From Minisyncoccota bacterium (GTDB lineage Bacteria > Patescibacteriota > Minisyncoccia > Phycocordibacterales > CSBR16-119): 39,712 nucleotides of DNA. How positions within the stretch are numbered: position 1 is the first letter of the stretch; every line of letters starts with the position of its first letter. The stretch spans positions 1-39,712 of the forward strand of contig JAWKSM010000004.1 in the NCBI GenBank assembly GCA_041389065.1. Direction: 5' to 3'. The notes beneath the pieces were generated by a model that was given only the letters and a program-made list of their open reading frames with translations, was not told the origin of the DNA and did no database searches. Positions 35,724 through 39,712 of the stretch are shown in pieces. Both the position numbers and the translations under genes were made by a program.

Positions 35724-36701
35724 TTGTACATGAGATTAGGTAATTTTGAGATGGTAGGTAAAAAACCGCTTGGTTCTGGCGCAGAAAGAGATGTTTTTGT
35801 TAATCCTGAAAACGAAGAGAAAGTTTTGTCTATATTTAAATCATTACCAGGAGAAAGAATTGCTTCACCAAATAAAATAAAAGGTTCTTACTATCTAACT
35901 AAAATAGCTCACATTCTTTTACCTAAAAATATTCCAGATATAAGTCAGGCGGAAATATCAAAAGATGGTAAGGAAGTTTTCAATAGACAGAGGATATCTC
36001 ACACAAAAGGTCATGAAATGTTGCAAAAAGCCAGACAAAAAGGAGAAGATGAATCTGCTGGCCTTGAATTGATGCAAGAAGAGATGGAAGATGAAATAAA
36101 TGACGTAACGGATAAGCTTGCGGAAATCGGATTCGCTTTTAATTTAGATGAAAATATTGGAAACTATACAAAAGATGAAAAGGGAAATATTTACTATCTT
36201 GAAACATTTATTCCTTGGGGATCTAACCCAGAAAATCCTACAGAGTTAGAACTTTTTTTTGAAAAAGAAGATTTAATTGAGGCTATAGAAAAATTACCAG
36301 AACGGGATAAAAAAATTTGCAAATCTTACCTAAGTAGGTTGATGGAGTTGTTTGAGGAAGACAAAGAAAAAAGTCTTGAAAGAAGTGATACAAGAGAAAT
36401 GTATATTAAAGCTCCTGCCATGGAGACTCTTAGTGAGCTTGAAAATGTGCTCTATTATTTTGAGAATAAACACGACATAAATTTGTTAATGAATATAAAA
36501 ACTTTTGAAGAGGCTGTTAATAGCTTTCAAAGACAGGCGGCAAAAAAAGATTTTTCTGCTATCTTCAAGCTTATCCATGATAAAAAATTAACAGAGACAA
36601 TTCCCGAAGAAAAATTTAATAAATTAAGAGAGAGATATTTAATAATAGAAAGAGCAATAGGTACTGTTAATGGAGATTATTTAGATCACAGCGTTAGGTA
36701 A
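35724..36701 (+). CDS. Hypothetical protein, possibly an atypical kinase-like fold
   Basis: PLGSGAERDVF (Gly-loop-like), VLSIFK (beta3 Lys-like) and FNLDENIGNYT...IYYLETF (catalytic loop and DFG-like). The family call is tentative. Confidence 0.55.
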   Translation: MYMRLGNFEMVGKKPLGSGAERDVFVNPENEEKVLSIFKSLPGERIASPNKIKGSYYLTKIAHILLPKNIPDISQAEISKDGKEVFNRQRISHTKGHEMLQKARQKGEDESAGLELMQEEMEDEINDVTDKLAEIGFAFNLDENIGNYTKDEKGNIYYLETFIPWGSNPENPTELELFFEKEDLIEAIEKLPERDKKICKSYLSRLMELFEEDKEKSLERSDTREMYIKAPAMETLSELENVLYYFENKHDINLLMNIKTFEEAVNSFQRQAAKKDFSAIFKLIHDKKLTETIPEEKFNKLRERYLIIERAIGTVNGDYLDHSVR

Positions 36702-36738
36702 AAAAACAAGGACCAGAACCCTGCAGGTTCTGGTCCTT
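36701..36738 (-). terminator. Intrinsic terminator oriented for the minus strand
   Basis: 13-bp stem aaggaccagaacc / ggttctggtcctt. The T-tract (gtttttt) is present only on the minus-strand side. Confidence 0.8.
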
Positions 36739-36758
36739 CGCCAAGCATCAAGCTTGGG

Positions 36759-36941
36759 CTACACCAGCGGTGTGATGAATGCATGGCCAACGGGGCCCAG
36801 GATGCGCGTCTCAACGTATCTGCCATTCGGCCTGAACTTGTTCTGTGCCTGCTGTGTGGCCATATTTCCTGGTTGTTTCAGGATCTTCACCACATTCACT
36901 TTTCCTGGGGTGATACGCTTACGACGCTTCTGCTCTGCCAT
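36759..36941 (-). CDS. GC-rich 60-aa basic ORF of unknown family (or the body of a small RNA)
   Basis: Only sensible ORF in a unit bounded by a near-consensus promoter and a terminator. G/C-ending codons are atypical for this genome. No Shine-Dalgarno sequence. Confidence 0.35.
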   Translation of the reverse strand: MAEQKRRKRITPGKVNVVKILKQPGNMATQQAQNKFRPNGRYVETRILGPVGHAFITPLV

Positions 36942-36981
36942 GGTGCTTTGGGGTTTGGTTGGTGAACTATTTACTTCCTAC

Positions 36982-37009
36982 ATTATACACAAATAAACTA
37001 TTTTGTCAA
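36982..37009 (-). promoter_or_regulatory. Near-consensus sigma-70 promoter (TTGACA-16-TGtTATAAT) on the minus strand
   Basis: Minus strand reads TTGACAaaatagtttatttgTGTATAAT. The -35 shares the palindromic ttgtcaa with a plus-strand TTGTCA. Confidence 0.6.
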
Positions 37010-37039
37010 ACACAAAACTGATTATGCTATAATAAACCC

Positions 37040-37351
37040 ATGAAAAATATATCACCACAATTAAAAAGTTTTTTGCACGCTGGGGCAGTTTTTCTGTATG
37101 TTCTTGGTGTTGCGATCCTTCTTTCAAAAGGAGAAAATATTTTTGGAGCGGAAGATACTTTATACATACCAATTTTTATGATTTTGCTTTTTGTTGTTTC
37201 GGCAACAACTGTCGGAGGGCTTGTTCTTGGTCGTCCGATACTTATGTACTGGGATGGAAAGAAAAAAGAAGCTCTTAAGTTTCTTTTAATGACGGTCGGA
37301 TGGCTTGCACTTTTCGCAATAATTATTATTTTTATTCAAATTTTAAAATAG
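37040..37351 (+). CDS. Hypothetical 3-TM membrane protein
   Basis: 103-aa hydrophobic ORF. TGcTATAAT at 37025-37033 lies only 6 nt before the ATG, so the mRNA may be leaderless. Confidence 0.6.
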   Translation: MKNISPQLKSFLHAGAVFLYVLGVAILLSKGENIFGAEDTLYIPIFMILLFVVSATTVGGLVLGRPILMYWDGKKKEALKFLLMTVGWLALFAIIIIFIQILK

Positions 37352-37354
37352 TTT

Positions 37355-37762
37355 ATGTCAAACAGAATTGTACACTTTGAAATACACGCAGATGATTTGT
37401 CTCGAGCAAAAGATTTTTACACAAAAACTTTTGGCTGGGAATTTGAAGAATGGAAAGGGGGAGAAAAAGAATATTGGATGATTATGACTGCGCCGAAAGA
37501 TTCTAAAGAGCTTGGGATAAACGGAGGAATGTTGAAGCGTCCTGAAGGTTGCCGGCCTGTCGAAAAAGGTCAAGCGGTGACAGGTTTCGCTTGTACGGTT
37601 GTTGTCGAAAATTATGACGAGACTGCAAAAAAGATTTTAGAAAATGGCGGAATAGAGGCGATGCCAAAATTTGATTTAGCTGGAATGGCTTGGCAAGGAT
37701 ATTTTCTAGATACTGAAAAAAACATTTTTGGAATTCATGAGGTAAGAGGAGAGATGAAATAA
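37355..37762 (+). CDS. VOC-family (glyoxalase/bleomycin-resistance fold) protein
   Basis: IVHFEIHADDLSRAKDFY...FGWEF ... G..a...D.e.N.FGIHE is the typical VOC pattern. Confidence 0.85.
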   Translation: MSNRIVHFEIHADDLSRAKDFYTKTFGWEFEEWKGGEKEYWMIMTAPKDSKELGINGGMLKRPEGCRPVEKGQAVTGFACTVVVENYDETAKKILENGGIEAMPKFDLAGMAWQGYFLDTEKNIFGIHEVRGEMK

Positions 37763-38107
37763 AATTCAAGAGCCGGGCCATGTGGCCCGGCTCTTGTTAT
37801 CTGCTGTGTTTTAGGATGCCAACAGATGCCTTGGCTCGTTCGTCGGTCTTCTGGCTCGTGTTACCGAACCTTATCCGCGGCCAAAACATCATCATTGTGT
37901 TGCATTGGGCTGTCGGGTGTTCCAATCTAAGTGGGTCCGATATGCCTTTCCCGCGCAGTTGCGCCACAGCTAACTAACAACAAGTCAAAGAACGGGTGTG
38001 CCATTTTGTTCATTATTTCAGAGAAACTTAACGCGTCAGGTGTTCCGATTAGCCAAGGCGTGGGGGCATTGTGCTAAACTGCGTCGATCTCTGAATTTAG
38101 AACAGCC
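37757..38107 (-). ncRNA. Candidate about 350-nt non-coding RNA of unknown family
   Basis: GC-rich segment with no ORF over 30 codons on the minus strand. It is bounded by a TTGACA-17-TAATAT promoter (38114-38142) and the terminator at 37767-37796. Contains internal hairpins and the repeated motif GG(A/C)ACACC(U/C)G. Confidence 0.4.
37767..37796. terminator. Strong hairpin terminator usable from both strands
   Basis: caagagccgggcc-atgt-ggcccggctcttg. The minus side continues aattttattt. Confidence 0.8.
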
Positions 38108-38113
38108 TTTCAA

Positions 38114-38142
38114 ATATTATTTGAAGACTTAATTTTTGTCAA
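38114..38142 (-). promoter_or_regulatory. Near-consensus sigma-70 promoter (TTGACA-17-TAATAT) on the minus strand
   Basis: Minus strand reads TTGACAaaaattaagtcttcaaaTAATAT, directly downstream of the preceding gene's terminator. Confidence 0.6.
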
Positions 38143-38147
38143 TAAAA

Positions 38148-38189
38148 ATGAAGAAGCCCCGACCGTGCGGTCGGGGCTTCGGTCTTCAT
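38148..38189 (-). terminator. Intrinsic terminator of the DUF3050-like gene
   Basis: 12-bp stem gaagccccgacc / ggtcggggcttc. The minus side continues ttcattttt. Confidence 0.8.
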
Positions 38190-38198
38190 GTGTTTGCA

Positions 38199-38798
38199 TT
38201 ACTCGATGGGGATGAGTCCCTTCGCATACAGATCGAGGCGTGCAGCGTAGAAACGATCAAGCACTTCAGAGTTAAGTTCGTGGGCTTGCGTGAGCTCGGC
38301 GTGTCCACCCTCTTCGGAGTCGAGACGGATGTGCTCTTCCAAGTAGTATCGATAGAATCCGAGATGATACCCCTCCCAGTTTTGAGAGTCCAAGATCTTC
38401 TTGAAGATGCCGGGTAGTTCCTGCTCTCGGGAGAAAATCGTCATTGCGCGCTCCTTGTCTGTCATCGAGCGGACTGCATCAAGGTATTCCTCCGTCACAT
38501 GAGATGATCGACGTATGAACTCGCTTGCTTCGTGAGGGAAGCGAACCGTGAAATGGCTCAAGAATTGCCAATGATCACCGAGCTGTTTGTAGTTTCCATA
38601 CGTCAGGTTGGTGGTCCCGAGTACCCCTGCCGCCATGAGCTTGAGGTTCTTGTCGTCGGGGAAGACCTCGAGCGCCAGGCGGAGCGACTCAGCGAACTCT
38701 CGCGCGGTTGCGAGGCTTATCATGACGATGCTGTAAGGAGAGTAGTCTCCCCATGGAAGTTCCAGGATCTGTCGGACTTTTTCTTGGTAGGGTTGCAT
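38199..38798 (-). CDS. Heme-oxygenase-like fold protein related to DUF3050; GC-rich, likely horizontally acquired
   Basis: C-terminal FSREQELPGIF...FYRYYLEEHIRLDSEEGGHAEL resembles the DUF3050 F.RE..iPgmF...YYLeRHIe.Dgd.H motif. The GC shift begins exactly at the ATG at 38798; the track start at 38864 lies in AT-rich DNA. Confidence 0.6.
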   Translation of the reverse strand: MQPYQEKVRQILELPWGDYSPYSIVMISLATAREFAESLRLALEVFPDDKNLKLMAAGVLGTTNLTYGNYKQLGDHWQFLSHFTVRFPHEASEFIRRSSHVTEEYLDAVRSMTDKERAMTIFSREQELPGIFKKILDSQNWEGYHLGFYRYYLEEHIRLDSEEGGHAELTQAHELNSEVLDRFYAARLDLYAKGLIPIE

Positions 38799-38817
38799 AG
38801 GAACGGTTTTGTTTTTA

Positions 38818-38845
38818 ATTTTACATAAAAATAATTTTTTGTCAA
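38818..38845 (-). promoter_or_regulatory. Sigma-70-like promoter (TTGACA-16-TAAAAT) for the DUF3050-like gene
   Basis: Minus strand reads TTGACAaaaaattatttttatgTAAAAT. The surrounding ttttgtcaataaaa module is shared with the promoter at 38133-38146. Confidence 0.5.
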
Positions 38846-38885
38846 TAAAATTGTTTTTAATCAAAAATCTTGTTATATTTCACTC

Positions 38886-39712
38886 ATGCAAATTGGAATT
38901 GTTGGTTTACCAAACGTAGGGAAGAGTACTCTTTTTAACGCCTTAACAAAAAAGGGTGTTTTGGCTGCGAATTATCCTTTCGCGACAATAGATCCATCTG
39001 TTGGGATTGTAGCTGTGCCAGATGAAAGACTTTGGTCGCTTTCAGAATTTTCAAATTCTAAAAAAACAATTCCGGCAGCGATTGAATTCGTGGACATTGC
39101 CGGACTTGTCGAAGGCGCTTCAAAGGGTGAAGGACTTGGAAACAAATTTCTTTCTCATATTCGTGAAGTGGATGCAATACTTCAAATGGTTAGAATTTTC
39201 CCTCTCGAAGAATCTGGAAATGGAATTATGCACGTCTATGGCGATATCGATCCACTGCGTGATATTAAAGTTATAAACATGGAGCTGATTTTGGCTGATC
39301 TTGAAAGTGTGAATAAAAGAATTGGAAATATTTCTCGTGATGTAAAACGTGGTGACAAGCTTGCTGTGGCGGAAGATTCTGTGCTTCAAAAAATAAAAGT
39401 TGTTCTGGAAGAAGAAAAAATGGCAAACACTCTTTCGCTTTCCGAAGATGAAGCTAAAATTGTAAAAAGTTTGAACTTGTTAACTTCAAAGAAAATTATT
39501 TTTGGGCTTAATAAGAAAAGTGGCGCGGCGAATTTGGATCAGGCGGAGCCTGACAAATTCGCCGCGCTTACAAGCTTCATCGAAGAATCTGGATACGAAT
39601 ACGTTGTCCTCGACGCAAAAACAGAAGACGATATTCGTGATATGTCTGCCGAAGAAAAAGCTGAGCTTCGAGAGGGAAGTGATGGAATTTCTGATTTAAT
39701 TCAAAAAAGTTA
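38886..39712 (+). CDS. ychF: Redox-regulated ATPase YchF (5' part, runs off window end)
   Basis: Manual translation gives MQIGIVGLPNVGKSTLFNALTKKGVLAANYPFATIDPSVGIVAVPDERL...IEFVDIAGLVEGASKGEGLGNKFLSHIREVDAI. The frame stays open to the window edge. Confidence 0.93.
   Translation, partial: MQIGIVGLPNVGKSTLFNALTKKGVLAANYPFATIDPSVGIVAVPDERLWSLSEFSNSKKTIPAAIEFVDIAGLVEGASKGEGLGNKFLSHIREVDAILQMVRIFPLEESGNGIMHVYGDIDPLRDIKVINMELILADLESVNKRIGNISRDVKRGDKLAVAEDSVLQKIKVVLEEEKMANTLSLSEDEAKIVKSLNLLTSKKIIFGLNKKSGAANLDQAEPDKFAALTSFIEESGYEYVVLDAKTEDDIRDMSAEEKAELREGSDGISDLIQKS

Noticed and set aside
36754-36996. Plus-strand ORFs of 80 aa and 60 aa (36783-36965) opposite the 60-aa minus ORF
   Set aside because: Their Cys/Phe/Trp-rich sequences look like noise. 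The promoter and the T-tract of the terminator are oriented for the minus strand.
37780-37977. 65-aa plus-strand ORF in the GC-rich spacer
   Set aside because: It starts inside the terminator hairpin, has no promoter or RBS context, and has an implausible Cys/Trp-rich composition. The region is better explained as a minus-strand non-coding unit.
37757-38107. Identification of the GC-rich RNA candidate as RNase P RNA, tmRNA, SRP RNA or a known riboswitch
   Set aside because: I looked for GAGGAAAGUCCGGGC and ACAGAA..CGGCUUA (RNase P), a tRNA-like 3' end with GGUUCGAAUCC...CCA (tmRNA), GGAAGCAGCC (SRP), and TPP, glycine and cobalamin cores. None is present, so the family is left unknown.
1-39712. 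CRISPR arrays, rRNA genes, reverse transcriptases/retrons, transposase-bounded IS elements
   Set aside because: I scanned the intergenic regions for regularly spaced direct repeats and the ORF set for Cas, RT and transposase signatures. None were seen; the only recombinase is the serine recombinase and its scar.

Overview
AT-rich, gene-dense bacterial window whose gene content looks like a streamlined Patescibacteria/CPR-type genome; the taxon is an inference. Housekeeping blocks lie at 1-5380 (csp, uppP, sortase, mscS) and 20223-33715 (tRNA-Asn, hpf, ppiB, fmt-def-hisS-lepB, pth, rpsA, a T4SS-like ATPase with a lamin-tail protein, ECF sigma with an anti-sigma-like partner, udg). ychF sits at the right edge. 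Between them, about 5380-15224 is a mobile-element-like island. It holds a serine recombinase C-terminal scar and a LexA-type repressor tightly linked to a DUF2188 / Shedu-like DUF4263 nuclease / Zn-ribbon cassette. It also holds a divergent phage-like operon (ParB-like and DNA methyltransferase split by a frameshift, TerS, TerL) with no capsid or portal genes. The island ends with a stand-alone HsdR_N-like nuclease, a Zn-ribbon membrane protein and an intact large serine recombinase. A 1625-aa repeat protein with a GNAT-like C-terminus lies between that recombinase and tRNA-Asn. Region 36700-38870 is compositionally foreign (visibly GC-rich). It carries three minus-strand units, each with a near-consensus TTGACA promoter. 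One of them (about 37757-38107) has a promoter and a terminator but no ORF, so it is a candidate about 350-nt ncRNA. I saw no CRISPR array, rRNA or reverse transcriptase.
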